A stretch of 64,000 nucleotides of DNA from an uncultured bacterium (GTDB lineage Bacteria > Omnitrophota > Omnitrophia > Omnitrophales > Abzuiibacteriaceae), in the NCBI GenBank assembly GCA_964387845.1, contig CAYLXA010000006.1:1-64000 (forward strand), given 5' to 3'. Shown one piece after another: positions 55,340 through 64,000 of the stretch. Position numbers and translations under genes: made by a program. The notes beneath the pieces were generated by a model. That model searched no databases and was not told the origin of the DNA. It was given only the letters and a program-made list of their open reading frames with translations. The first letter of the stretch is position 1, and the number at the start of each line of letters is the position of its first letter.

Positions 55340-56287
55340 ATGATCTATCCGGAACATAAAACAGCTGCTGTTGTTTTTTCGATTGATGATATTCATCCTG
55401 CGTCTTCCATAAATGGTTACGAAGCGGGCGGTGATCTTGCGAAGGGTGTTTTGGGCCGGCTTCGGCAGCTTACTGTCGAGCATTCCGATTTTTGTGCCAC
55501 CTTGTTTGTTACCGCCGATTGGCGCGCGAAATCACCTTACCCGAATCTGCAAAACCGCATTTTAAACTACATTCCAGGAATGGGCGCGCACTTCGGCGCT
55601 CTTCCGCAATGGCCGGAAGGCTTTATGAGTCTTGATCGGCACCCTGATTTTGTTTCTTATCTTGACACTATTCCCCGGATCGAAATTGGCAGCCACGGCC
55701 TTACGCATGTGGGGTTGGGAAAAAATTTGATACGGGAATTTTTAGGGCTTTCTGAAAATGAAATTAGAAAACGTGTGAGTAAAATCGCCCAGATTTTTCA
55801 AAATGCGGGCTTGAAGAAACCTGCAGGTTTTTGTCCGCCGGGCTGGGGTTATAATGAGTTGTTATTGAAAGTAATTCCAGATTTCGGATATTCTTATATT
55901 GCCTGTTCGCGCGATTTAAACACGCCGATTAAAAGAGATGCTGTTTGTAATGAAAGTGGCATCAAAAACGTTTCTCTTGTGAACCCATGTTTTTTACCGG
56001 GTTCAAAAATTGTTCACATTCCGTCAAATTGGAGTGTCACGTGCAATTTGGACCGCGCTTATCAAATTATTGAATCGGGCGGCGTTTTATCAATCAAGGC
56101 ACATGCCGTTAAAAAAATGGGAACTTATGTGAGTGCCGATGGTTTAGATGATGCTTGCCAAAATTATTTGAGCAAACTATTTCATTCCTTAAAATCCCGT
56201 TTCGGCAACTCGATTTGGTGGACAACTATGAAAGAATTGGCCGTCCGATACCGCGACTCGCAATTTTCACATGCAAATTCTTCTTAA
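55340..56287 (+). CDS. polysaccharide deacetylase-like (NodB/DUF2334-like) protein
   Basis: 'AAVVFSIDDIHP', 'IEIGSHGLTHV' NodB-type motifs. Confidence 0.45.
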   Translation: MIYPEHKTAAVVFSIDDIHPASSINGYEAGGDLAKGVLGRLRQLTVEHSDFCATLFVTADWRAKSPYPNLQNRILNYIPGMGAHFGALPQWPEGFMSLDRHPDFVSYLDTIPRIEIGSHGLTHVGLGKNLIREFLGLSENEIRKRVSKIAQIFQNAGLKKPAGFCPPGWGYNELLLKVIPDFGYSYIACSRDLNTPIKRDAVCNESGIKNVSLVNPCFLPGSKIVHIPSNWSVTCNLDRAYQIIESGGVLSIKAHAVKKMGTYVSADGLDDACQNYLSKLFHSLKSRFGNSIWWTTMKELAVRYRDSQFSHANSS

Positions 56288-57233
56288 TCCCTCCACGAGC
56301 GCTGAAGAGTATATTCAATGCGCGGATGCTTGTTTCGGAAATTGGGGCGGCCGGCCTATGTATGAGTGGGTGTTCAACCGGCAAGTCGGTCCCATCCCGT
56401 CCGATCGTTTTGTTTTGGTGCGCGATGGTAAAATCGCCGGCGGAAGCGCGTTAACTTTCAGGCCTCTAAGGACTTCAAAAGGCAAATTAATGCAAGCGGC
56501 CGTTATCACCGGTTCATTCACTCTGCCAAATTTTAGAAAGCAGGGATTTTTTTCTACCATCATTGATTTAACTTTTAAGAGGTCTATTGAATTAGGGGCA
56601 TCTGTTTATCTTGGTTTTGCAGCAGCCAAGAATATGAGCGTGAACCGGTTGTTGGAGGCGGGCTGCGAAATTCTGCCAAGCCATTATTTTCAATTCAATA
56701 CCCAAAGTGCAAAGCAAACAGACTTTCGGATTCGTGTTTGCAATGTTGATGATTTTGATGCTCAAAAAAGGGCGTTCAATATTCGGTCAAAGCGCATGAA
56801 AGGGAAAAGCCATTTTGAATATTCGTTGGACGAATGGAAGGGGCAGATGATTAACAGGCCTCACCCGACTTTTTTATGTGAAGTTTTTGATGATCGTAAA
56901 AATTTGGGTTATTTTGTGACGAGCGATATTGAGGAGAAATACCGTTTGATTGAATTTTTCGCAGAAGATGAATCGTTTGATGAAAAAATTGTTTTGGCTG
57001 CTATTAATTATGCTCGTCAGTTTACGCAAGTCATAGATGCCTATACGATTGAAGCCAATACGCATAGAATTTTCCAGAATTGCCATGGCTATGAGATATC
57101 GGGATTATTATTTTTGAGAGCTTGCTCCCAGGGCGCAGACAGATCGCTCACACGTGCTTATTTGGACCAAGATCCAGCGCGCACGCAAAGCAGTTTATTG
57201 CCGTTTGCTTTTACCTCAGGCGATAGAATGTAA
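56271..57233 (+). CDS. GNAT-family N-acetyltransferase-like protein
   Basis: 'FRKQGFFSTIIDL' resembles the GNAT motif A (Q/R-x-x-G-x-A/G); ~320 aa with two lobes. Confidence 0.4.
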   Translation: MQILLNPSTSAEEYIQCADACFGNWGGRPMYEWVFNRQVGPIPSDRFVLVRDGKIAGGSALTFRPLRTSKGKLMQAAVITGSFTLPNFRKQGFFSTIIDLTFKRSIELGASVYLGFAAAKNMSVNRLLEAGCEILPSHYFQFNTQSAKQTDFRIRVCNVDDFDAQKRAFNIRSKRMKGKSHFEYSLDEWKGQMINRPHPTFLCEVFDDRKNLGYFVTSDIEEKYRLIEFFAEDESFDEKIVLAAINYARQFTQVIDAYTIEANTHRIFQNCHGYEISGLLFLRACSQGADRSLTRAYLDQDPARTQSSLLPFAFTSGDRM

Positions 57234-57318
57234 TTTGAATTTGTTTTGGAAAAATGAGTTTTTTTCCGAATGTATTTTAGGATATTTATCATGAAACTTG
57301 AAACTAGTAGAGGCTAAA

Positions 57319-58290
57319 ATGATCCAATCTCAGGCTTTCGATTACTCAAAGGAAAAGCTGGAATATGTGAATTGTAATTTTTGTGGATCTGACAATTATT
57401 TAATTTTGAGCAAGAAGGACCGTAATGGTTTAGATGTTAGAATGTGCATATGCAAATCTTGCGGGCTTATGTTTTTGAATCCCAGGATGACCCGAGAAGG
57501 TTATGATCTGTATTATCAGCAGGAATACCGTTCTCAAATGGAAAGACTTAAAATCAAAGAAAGTTCCAGAGATGATAATGTTTTATTTGAAAGAGGGAAA
57601 AGGGCAGGAAGGGAAATATTCAAACTTCTTGGGAAATATTTAAAAGATGGTATTACCATCGATGTGGGTTCTGGTACGGGAGGAATCTTGAAAAGTTTTC
57701 AAGAGCTTAACCCCGCTTTAATTCCTGTAGGTATCGAGCCTTCATCGTCAGCAGCTGAGTATGCCATTGCACATGGCGTAAAAACGTACACTTGTTTGTT
57801 TGAAGATTTCTCAGAAAATCTCGGCTCGATTTCTAATATTATGAGCATGAGAAATTTAAATCATTTATTGGATCCAAAGGCTTTTTTAGCTTGGGCTTAC
57901 CAAAATCTCTCTGACGATGGGCGGCTTGTTTTGTTGGTGCAAAATTTTCGCCACGCATCAAAGGATCGAGGAAAAATGATCTCTCAAGTAGATCATTGTT
58001 ATTATTTTGTTCCTGAAACTATCATTCCGCTTCTTAAACATTCCGGATTTGAAATTATTTTTTTTGATAATCCAGACGATCAAGGAATTTACAGTGTTTT
58101 AAAAAAGAAAAAAGCAGGACTGCCTGCAAGTATGAAAATTGTTGCAAAAAAGGTTGTCAAAAAGTATTTTTCTGTGAACGATCAAAAAATAGCCGGCAGC
58201 ATTTTAAAATCGTTTTCTCCCATTAAATTAAAAGTAGCAAAAATAAAATATTTATTTAATCATGCTATATTAAAGTACTTGAACTTCTAA
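57319..58290 (+). CDS. class I SAM-dependent methyltransferase with an N-terminal C4 zinc ribbon
   Basis: 'CNFCGS...CKSCGLMF' zinc ribbon; motif I 'ITIDVGSGTGGIL'. ATG at 57319 with a GAGG RBS preferred over the TTG at 57298. Confidence 0.6.
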   Translation: MIQSQAFDYSKEKLEYVNCNFCGSDNYLILSKKDRNGLDVRMCICKSCGLMFLNPRMTREGYDLYYQQEYRSQMERLKIKESSRDDNVLFERGKRAGREIFKLLGKYLKDGITIDVGSGTGGILKSFQELNPALIPVGIEPSSSAAEYAIAHGVKTYTCLFEDFSENLGSISNIMSMRNLNHLLDPKAFLAWAYQNLSDDGRLVLLVQNFRHASKDRGKMISQVDHCYYFVPETIIPLLKHSGFEIIFFDNPDDQGIYSVLKKKKAGLPASMKIVAKKVVKKYFSVNDQKIAGSILKSFSPIKLKVAKIKYLFNHAILKYLNF

Positions 58291-58449
58291 ATGGGCCAGA
58301 GACAGCCACTCTATCACGAGCCCGTTTAAGCTTGACTTCTTGAGGCCCCTTCCCCATAATAAACTTCTAAAATTAGCTAATTTTAGCTGTTGCAGTTCAA
58401 AGGAATATAAGGGGAATAACCAAGTTATTTTTAGGTTTTTATTTAATTA

Positions 58450-59454
58450 ATGCTATTACATACGACTGCTAGATACATATCACGAAGATTATACTCTCAC
58501 GTATTTGCCAAGACTCCTCAGACAAAAGCGTTGTGGTGGTCATTCCGCGAGCATGTCCTGAATCGTTTTATACGGGGCGAGACGATCAAGGTTGAACTTT
58601 CCGCTAACTGCAATGCGCGCTGTTCGTTTTGCTGGATGTTTCAATCCGAAGCTAAGCCGGCAGGATTGATGACGCTGGAGAATTTCAAAAAATTTATTGA
58701 TATCAATAAAAACGATTTCAAAAAGCACCGGACGCACATCCAGCCGTTTTTTAACGGGGAAGCGCTGGTCAATCCGCATTTTTTTGATTTTATCGATTAT
58801 ATTGTCGCCAACAAAATTCCTTTGGCCCGTCTGGATACCAACCTCGGCGTGAAGCGCGATATGGATAAATTGATGAGCTATCCGTGGCCTGTCATTTGCG
58901 TCAACATCGGAGGAATCACAAAAGAAGTGCACGAGAAGGTTATGAAGACGAGATGGGAAATTGTAACTGAGAACTTGAAACGAATTTTACAAATCGACAA
59001 GAGCCGCGTGTTTATCAAAGCAACTCCGGTGAAGATTAATCTTCATCAAATTAAATCATTTCCACAATTCATGAAGGAGATGGGCGGCGACCCGGATCGT
59101 GTTGAATTTGGGACGACGGGTTTTAATATTCCTGCTGAAGCGACTGATCAGGAAATCGTGGATTATTTTAACGAGGTTGTTTCTCCGGAGGTTAACGAGC
59201 ATTTGCGATTTACGTATGATCTCTCGAAGCCCCGTTATGATATCAAAGCCAAAAGGCCGGGATGTCATTTTTTAAATGACTGCGTCACGTTTGATGGCAA
59301 GTTGACCATTTGCTGTCATGATCAATTGGGAAAACTCAACGTAGGAAACAGTTTTGAAACTCCGCTTTATGATCTGAAGAAATCCAAGAAGTATCATGAT
59401 TTTCGTCTGGCAGGCATTGATCAAAAGTTTAAGATGTGCAAAGAGTGCAATTAG
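58450..59454 (+). CDS. radical SAM protein with a C-terminal SPASM-like Cys cluster
   Basis: '[12 protein letters not shown]' (CxxxCxxC). C-terminal 'CHFLNDC...CCHD...CKEC' cysteines. Confidence 0.55.
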   Translation: MLLHTTARYISRRLYSHVFAKTPQTKALWWSFREHVLNRFIRGETIKVELSANCNARCSFCWMFQSEAKPAGLMTLENFKKFIDINKNDFKKHRTHIQPFFNGEALVNPHFFDFIDYIVANKIPLARLDTNLGVKRDMDKLMSYPWPVICVNIGGITKEVHEKVMKTRWEIVTENLKRILQIDKSRVFIKATPVKINLHQIKSFPQFMKEMGGDPDRVEFGTTGFNIPAEATDQEIVDYFNEVVSPEVNEHLRFTYDLSKPRYDIKAKRPGCHFLNDCVTFDGKLTICCHDQLGKLNVGNSFETPLYDLKKSKKYHDFRLAGIDQKFKMCKECN

Positions 59455-59566
59455 TCGTTCAGTTTTTCCAGTTTCCCGCCCGGTTCGTATCACATTCGAA
59501 ACCATCAGCAATGCTAAAGAAAGGTTGGTCGGCAGCGTGAGTGCTTTTTGGAAAAAACACAGGGTC

Positions 59567-60508
59567 ATGGTTGCGGGCGGCAGCGGCTTTTTGGGGTCTT
59601 ATGTTGTAGAGAAGATTCGTCAGCGTGGTTGCCGGAATATTTTTGTTCCGCGATCTTCTGTGTATGACTTGCGTGAAGAAGCTCGGGTCCGCAAAGCCTT
59701 CCAAAAGTTTAAGCCAACGCTTGTCATTCATTTGGCTGCGGTTGTGGGAGGGATTGGCGCTAACCGGAAAGAGCCCGGCCGGTTTTTTTACGATAATGCG
59801 GTGATCGGCGTGCATTTAATGGAGCAAGCCCGGCTCTCAAAAGTGAAAAAGTTTGTTGCAATCGGTACTATCTGCGCTTATCCCAAATTTTGCCCCGTTC
59901 CATTCAAAGAAATTAACCTGTGGAATGGTTATCCGGAAGAAACGAATGCGCCGTATGGGCTGGCGAAGAAAATGCTTTTGGTCCAAGCTCAAGCCTATCG
60001 CGCTCAATATGGATTTAATGCCATCTACCTTTTGCCGGTCAATCTCTACGGCCCGCGCGATAATTTTGATTTAGAATCCGGCCATGTTATCCCGGTTTTG
60101 ATCCGAAAATTTATAGAAGCGAAAAGAAAGAATAAAAAAGAAGTCGTTTTGTGGGGCAACGGCAGCCCGACGCGGGAATTTCTCTATGCGGCAGATGCGG
60201 CGGAAGGTATTTTGCTTGCAGCCGAGAAATACAACAAACCCGATCCGGTTAATTTAGGTTCCGGTAATGAAATTAGTATTTTGGACTTAGCTCGTTTAAT
60301 TCAAAAACTAACAGGCTATAGAGGAAAGTTGATTTGGGACAAAACCAAGCCGAACGGCCAGCCGCGCCGATGTCTTGATGTTTCTCGGGCAAAACGAGAA
60401 TTTAATTTCAAAGCTGCTGAAAAATTAGAAGATGGATTGCGCAAAACAATTCAATGGTACCAACAAAACCGAGAACCCATCCTTTTTAATCGTAAAAATT
60501 CCCGTTAA
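59567..60508 (+). CDS. fcl: GDP-L-fucose synthase (GDP-4-keto-6-deoxymannose 3,5-epimerase/4-reductase, Fcl)
   Basis: ATG at 59567 ('[11 protein letters not shown]' Rossmann). 'YGLAKK' catalytic YxxxK. The upstream extension to 59396 is rejected. Confidence 0.85.
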   Translation: MVAGGSGFLGSYVVEKIRQRGCRNIFVPRSSVYDLREEARVRKAFQKFKPTLVIHLAAVVGGIGANRKEPGRFFYDNAVIGVHLMEQARLSKVKKFVAIGTICAYPKFCPVPFKEINLWNGYPEETNAPYGLAKKMLLVQAQAYRAQYGFNAIYLLPVNLYGPRDNFDLESGHVIPVLIRKFIEAKRKNKKEVVLWGNGSPTREFLYAADAAEGILLAAEKYNKPDPVNLGSGNEISILDLARLIQKLTGYRGKLIWDKTKPNGQPRRCLDVSRAKREFNFKAAEKLEDGLRKTIQWYQQNREPILFNRKNSR

Positions 60509-60510
60509 TA

Positions 60511-61896
60511 ATGTTATCCAACCACCAGTCTTCCGAAAGGGATCTTTCCCAGAGATTTGGCAGAAATAAAACCAATGAAATTAGCCGTCTCATTTATGAA
60601 ATCGGGAGGCGGGAAGGGCTCGCATCGGATGAAGTCCTTAATCAAGCGCTTCAAGCCATCTCGCCGGCTGCGACTCTAGAATCTGTCGCCTTCGCTTCTC
60701 TTAAGAAAGCGCTTCTCAAACGCCGCTATCCCAGTTTTTCGGAAGAAGAGTTTTCCAAAATTTATTTTGCGCCGCTGCGTTTTCCGGAAAGTCGGGAAGA
60801 GGCCGATCCTCAAACAAACGATTTTCGGCCGGATGAAATTGTCATCGCACGGCATGCCAAAAATTTTCCACTCACGAAACGAATCACGAGTTTTTGGCCC
60901 GAAGTTCCCGTCCGCGAAATTGAATCGCTGGATGAGTTGCGAAGGCCCAAGAAAGAGTGGCTGGGCGATTTCGGTAAAAAGCGAATTGCGATTTCCAACG
61001 AACACTTTGATTTGGTCAAACCGTGCCCCTGTACGGCGAATGCCTGTTCCTGCAATTATCATGTCCTCAACATTGGCTACGGCTGCCCGTACGATTGCAC
61101 CTATTGCTATCTGCAGGATTATCAAAATCTGCCGGCCATTGTGCTGCCGGCTGACCTGGAACCATTTTTAAACCAAATGGGCTCAGTTCTGAAGCAAAAA
61201 CCGGGATTTTTTACACGTATCGGCACCGGCGAGTTTGCGGATTCTTTGGCACTCGATTGGCTGACGGAATATTCCAAAACCCTGGTTCCGTTTTTTAAAA
61301 ATAAGCCGGTCATTCTGGAGCTGAAAACCAAAAGCGATTGCGTAGAAAATCTGCTAGAACTTGATCACGGCGGCCGTACGGTGATTGCGTGGTCCGTCAA
61401 TCCCGAGCGCTTTTCTAAGGAAGAAAAAAGAACAGCGCCGGTTCATAAGCGCCTTGAAGCTGCGCAGCTTTGCGAAAAAGCCGGCTATGGAACGGCTTTC
61501 CATTTTGACCCGATCTTACAAGCTGCAAATTGGGAAGAAGATTATCAAGATTTGGTCCGCGATTTATTTAATCATGTAGGCATTTCGTTGCGTTGGATTA
61601 GTCTGGGAACGCTGCGGTTTCACAAAGACTTGCGCGGCGTCGCCGAATTCAGGCATCCGGACAGCGAAATTTTCTTAGGAGAGCAGCGTTTGGATGTTTC
61701 CGATCAGAAAATGCGGTATGCGGATGAAGCCAGAGTCTCTGTTTATCGGAAAATGATTTCTTGGATCAAGCAGTTCAACGAAAAAGTTCCGATTTATTTA
61801 TGTATGGAACCGCCCGAAATTTGGAAAACCGTCTTTGAGAGCAAGCCCTATCAGGGAAGGATTGACAGCTGGATTGCGCACGGTTCAGCGCGTTAA
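60511..61896 (+). CDS. SPL (spore-photoproduct-lyase)-family radical SAM protein with a ~150-aa N-terminal extension
   Basis: 'GCPYDCTYCYLQDY' matches the SPL-family CxxxCxYCYLQ cluster motif; 461 aa. Confidence 0.5.
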   Translation: MLSNHQSSERDLSQRFGRNKTNEISRLIYEIGRREGLASDEVLNQALQAISPAATLESVAFASLKKALLKRRYPSFSEEEFSKIYFAPLRFPESREEADPQTNDFRPDEIVIARHAKNFPLTKRITSFWPEVPVREIESLDELRRPKKEWLGDFGKKRIAISNEHFDLVKPCPCTANACSCNYHVLNIGYGCPYDCTYCYLQDYQNLPAIVLPADLEPFLNQMGSVLKQKPGFFTRIGTGEFADSLALDWLTEYSKTLVPFFKNKPVILELKTKSDCVENLLELDHGGRTVIAWSVNPERFSKEEKRTAPVHKRLEAAQLCEKAGYGTAFHFDPILQAANWEEDYQDLVRDLFNHVGISLRWISLGTLRFHKDLRGVAEFRHPDSEIFLGEQRLDVSDQKMRYADEARVSVYRKMISWIKQFNEKVPIYLCMEPPEIWKTVFESKPYQGRIDSWIAHGSAR

Positions 61897-62489
61897 TTTT
61901 CCGGATTCTTCGGTTCCGGCTTTCCGAATTTCTGAATATCCGCTTCCTTCATTAAATTCTGCCACCAGCCCGAAAAAGCTTCCGCGGCTTTTGCGCGTTC
62001 TTCATCACTCATGGTTGAATCAATATTTTGATGCTGCTCGATGAGCTTCCGGATGCGGAGCGCGTCGCGGATTCTTTCTTCAAACAGGCGCGGAGATTCG
62101 CCGGCAACTCTCCCTACCCAAGCTTTGTAAAATTCGGGGTTGAATTGAGAGCCGTCAGCCGTAAAGAAGCGCTCAATTTCGGCGCGAACTTCCGCATCAG
62201 AAGCCGAAATTTGTTCTTGCTCGGCCTGATGCAGCAAGACAATATTCTGCCAAGCCGAAGCTTCCAATTGATCGATATCCGGCTTTTCGTCGGGGCTTCT
62301 TTGCGAAAAAAGTTCGGCGGATTTCAGGGCATCCTGGAATGTTTTGAACGAAACAGTCTTGCCGAATACTTTACCGACGCCTTTTGATTCTTCCTGAAGA
62401 CTCAGAAAGACATTTTCAATTCCCCAAAGCGCGAAGGAAATCACAATCAGCCAAATAATAAACGGAACTATCCGGCGCATTAGTTTCAT
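61893..62489 (-). CDS. membrane-anchored periplasmic protein, possibly SurA/PpiD N-terminal chaperone-domain-like
   Basis: N-terminal TM 'IVPFIIWLIVISFALWGI'; the rest is helical and acidic. Weak similarity to the PpiD N-domain. Confidence 0.3.
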   Translation of the reverse strand: MKLMRRIVPFIIWLIVISFALWGIENVFLSLQEESKGVGKVFGKTVSFKTFQDALKSAELFSQRSPDEKPDIDQLEASAWQNIVLLHQAEQEQISASDAEVRAEIERFFTADGSQFNPEFYKAWVGRVAGESPRLFEERIRDALRIRKLIEQHQNIDSTMSDEERAKAAEAFSGWWQNLMKEADIQKFGKPEPKNPEN

Positions 62490-62637
62490 CTGTAAACTCC
62501 CCCAAATTTGAAGAGCGTACCATAGCTTCCGGGATCTGTAAAGGAAGCCATCCGTGTTTAAAGTTTATGATTCAATTTCCCGTATAATTCTGTAAAATAC
62601 GTTCTCGGCGTCTTCATTGGTCAAATACGGAGAAAAC

Positions 62638-63054
62638 ATGAAAAAAGCATACGCAGGGTTTACGATGATCGAAATTTTAATGGTAGTGATCATCATCGGT
62701 ATTTTGGTCTCATTAATCGCGCCGCGTCTTGCGGGCCGTTCCGAAGAAGCGCGCCGCCAGGCTGCAAAAGCCGATATCGAAGGCGGTCTTGCGCTCGCGC
62801 TCGACCTCTACGAAGCGGACAATGGAAAATATCCGAATGAATTGCAGGATTTGCTGAAGAAACCCGGCGACGCTATTAATTGGAAAGGCCCTTATCTGAA
62901 AAAAGGTATTCCGAAAGATCCGTGGGGAAATCCGTATGTGTATCGCTCGCCCGGCAGCTCTAACACGGATACTTACGATTTATCGTCTGCCGGACGTGAC
63001 CGGAAAGAAGGCACTGAGGACGACGTTTCTAATTGGGGAGACATTGAGATTTGA
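62638..63054 (+). CDS. gspG: type II secretion system major pseudopilin GspG
   Basis: Prepilin N-terminus 'GFTMIEILMVVIIIGIL' (G-F-T-x-x-E). GspG-specific 'WKGPYLKKGIPKDPWGNPYVY...AGRD...DDVSNW'. GGAG RBS before the ATG at 62638. Confidence 0.8.
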   Translation: MKKAYAGFTMIEILMVVIIIGILVSLIAPRLAGRSEEARRQAAKADIEGGLALALDLYEADNGKYPNELQDLLKKPGDAINWKGPYLKKGIPKDPWGNPYVYRSPGSSNTDTYDLSSAGRDRKEGTEDDVSNWGDIEI

Positions 63055-63386
63055 AGCTTTCAAAAATTTGCTCATGGATCGTTGTTTTCTCGATTTTCAT
63101 TTCATTTTCCGGATGTGTGCACAACAGAAAAACGCCCGTCATTTTAGACCACAAGCCGGAGCAGCCGTACGAAGTCATACAAACCGTTGAAACCGAGGTT
63201 GATTGGGGGGCGCTTCAATGGGTTTGGTTTTGGTGGCATTACATGCCGTGGTATTCATCTTCCAATAGTATCCATCGCGAAACCCTGATCAAGAAAGCCA
63301 AGAAGTTAGGCGCTGATGCCATCATCAATGTCAAATACCTTCCAAGACGAAGTGGTGCTACAGGCGATGCCATCCGCTTTAAGTGA
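63051..63386 (+). CDS. lipoprotein with a C-terminal YbjQ/DUF74-like segment
   Basis: Lipobox 'ISFSGC'. C-terminal 'LIKKAKKLGADAIINVKY' resembles the YbjQ_1 family. Confidence 0.35.
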   Translation: MKLSKICSWIVVFSIFISFSGCVHNRKTPVILDHKPEQPYEVIQTVETEVDWGALQWVWFWWHYMPWYSSSNSIHRETLIKKAKKLGADAIINVKYLPRRSGATGDAIRFK

Positions 63387-63559
63387 TTTTTAGCAGTTCA
63401 GTCACGCTCAAATTTTATAATCCTTTTTAAAAAATTTATCGCGTCTGGGTAGATTTTCATCTCGCCACAGTAGATAACCCTCAGTTTTTTCTTCTCCAAC
63501 ATTGATTTCAGCCGCTGCTTCGGGTATCTACGTTCTGTTGTCAAAATTCTATCGATGAG

Positions 63560-63835
63560 GTGATTGGCGTGAATGATAAAGGAGAATGTCACAGCAAGTT
63601 TACGTTTCAGGATGCGCTTTCGGACTATGCGGAGCTTTCTGGATTTCGTTTGTCTGAGAACCTGAAGAAGGATCTGACCACCCTATTTTACAGGCCCGAG
63701 CTTGAGATTGAAACGGTCTGTGCGGTGCAGTACGGAAAAAGCATTTGGCTGATTGGATCGAAAGAGGATTTGAGATGGTTTGAAGGCATTTTCTCAGTGG
63801 ACCCAAAAGTAAACCGGGTTACCCGGCTGGCGTAA
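63560..63835 (+). CDS. hypothetical protein (91 aa)
   Basis: ORF only; GTG/ATG start context is weak. Confidence 0.2.
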   Translation: MIGVNDKGECHSKFTFQDALSDYAELSGFRLSENLKKDLTTLFYRPELEIETVCAVQYGKSIWLIGSKEDLRWFEGIFSVDPKVNRVTRLA

Positions 63836-64000
63836 CTTTTCAAATGAAATGCGGGAGGTGAAATGGAGTGGATTATTCCGACGAAGAACGCGATTGGTGG
63901 CTTGTTCAGCCCCGAGCATCCAGTCAAATGTGGTTTGAGGAGGGTGGTTTCAGGGCTTTTAGCCGCCTCTTTATCCAAAAACCGCTTGAGAGCGATCGCG

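Noticed and set aside
57291-57318. ATG at 57291 as start of the zinc-ribbon methyltransferase
   Set aside because: That frame hits a TAA stop after 8 codons. The productive frame begins with a TTG at 57298, but the ATG at 57319 with a GAGG RBS is more plausible.
59396-59566. Upstream extension of fcl (370-aa version)
   Set aside because: GDP-fucose synthases are ~310 aa and begin at the Rossmann motif ([11 protein letters not shown]) at 59567. The extension has no homology.
1-64000. CRISPR arrays, tRNA/rRNA genes, integrases/transposases/phage genes
   Set aside because: No periodic direct repeats, no tRNA-like T-loop/acceptor signatures, and no recombinase-like ORFs were found by reading both strands. 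The glycan island therefore shows no obvious mobile-element boundary within this window.

Overview
This 64-kb window reads as a compact Gram-negative bacterial chromosome segment, about 45% GC. The gene set (LpxD, GspG pseudopilin, futalosine menaquinone pathway) suggests an uncultivated or candidate-phylum organism. There are no rRNA, tRNA or CRISPR features.

The window has three parts:
- **1–17 kb, housekeeping and secreted proteins.** Several secreted low-complexity proteins come first. They are followed by a futalosine-pathway menaquinone operon: UbiA-like prenyltransferase, UbiX-like, MqnA, MqnC/E radical SAM, MenG. Next are a CAAX protease and a GC-rich ~307-bp imperfect palindromic element that is probably non-coding. 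A translationally coupled NifS-Mrp/ApbC-DUF971-FolE operon and a convergent LpxD complete this part.
- **17–61 kb, a ~44-kb surface-polysaccharide island.** It is bracketed by GDP-fucose genes, Gmd at 17.2 kb and Fcl at 59.6 kb. This is the main item of interest. It mixes hallmarks of several assembly routes:
  - a PglF/CapD-like dehydratase plus a DegT aminotransferase;
  - two PglC-like initiating phosphoglycosyltransferases;
  - three O-antigen-ligase/Wzy_C-family proteins, one fused to a GT4 glycosyltransferase and two clear paralogues on opposite strands, each paired with a Wzz-like protein;
  - a Wzx flippase;
  - a NeuA/B/C-like nonulosonic-acid module;
  - a KpsS/KpsC-like protein and a WbdD-like methyltransferase-kinase fusion, both hallmarks of ABC-transporter-dependent pathways;
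  - the asparagine synthase, polysaccharide deacetylase and FemAB-like proteins typical of PEP-CTERM/exosortase loci, but no exosortase;
  - three sulfotransferase-like genes flanking a C-terminally truncated pyruvate-kinase-like gene, suggesting a sulfated heteropolysaccharide;
  - several SGNH hydrolases, SAM methyltransferases, GNAT proteins and two radical SAM proteins.
- **62–64 kb, window end.** An orphan GspG pseudopilin and a lipoprotein.

All calls rest on motif recognition by eye, without tools; gene boundaries are approximate where alternative starts exist.
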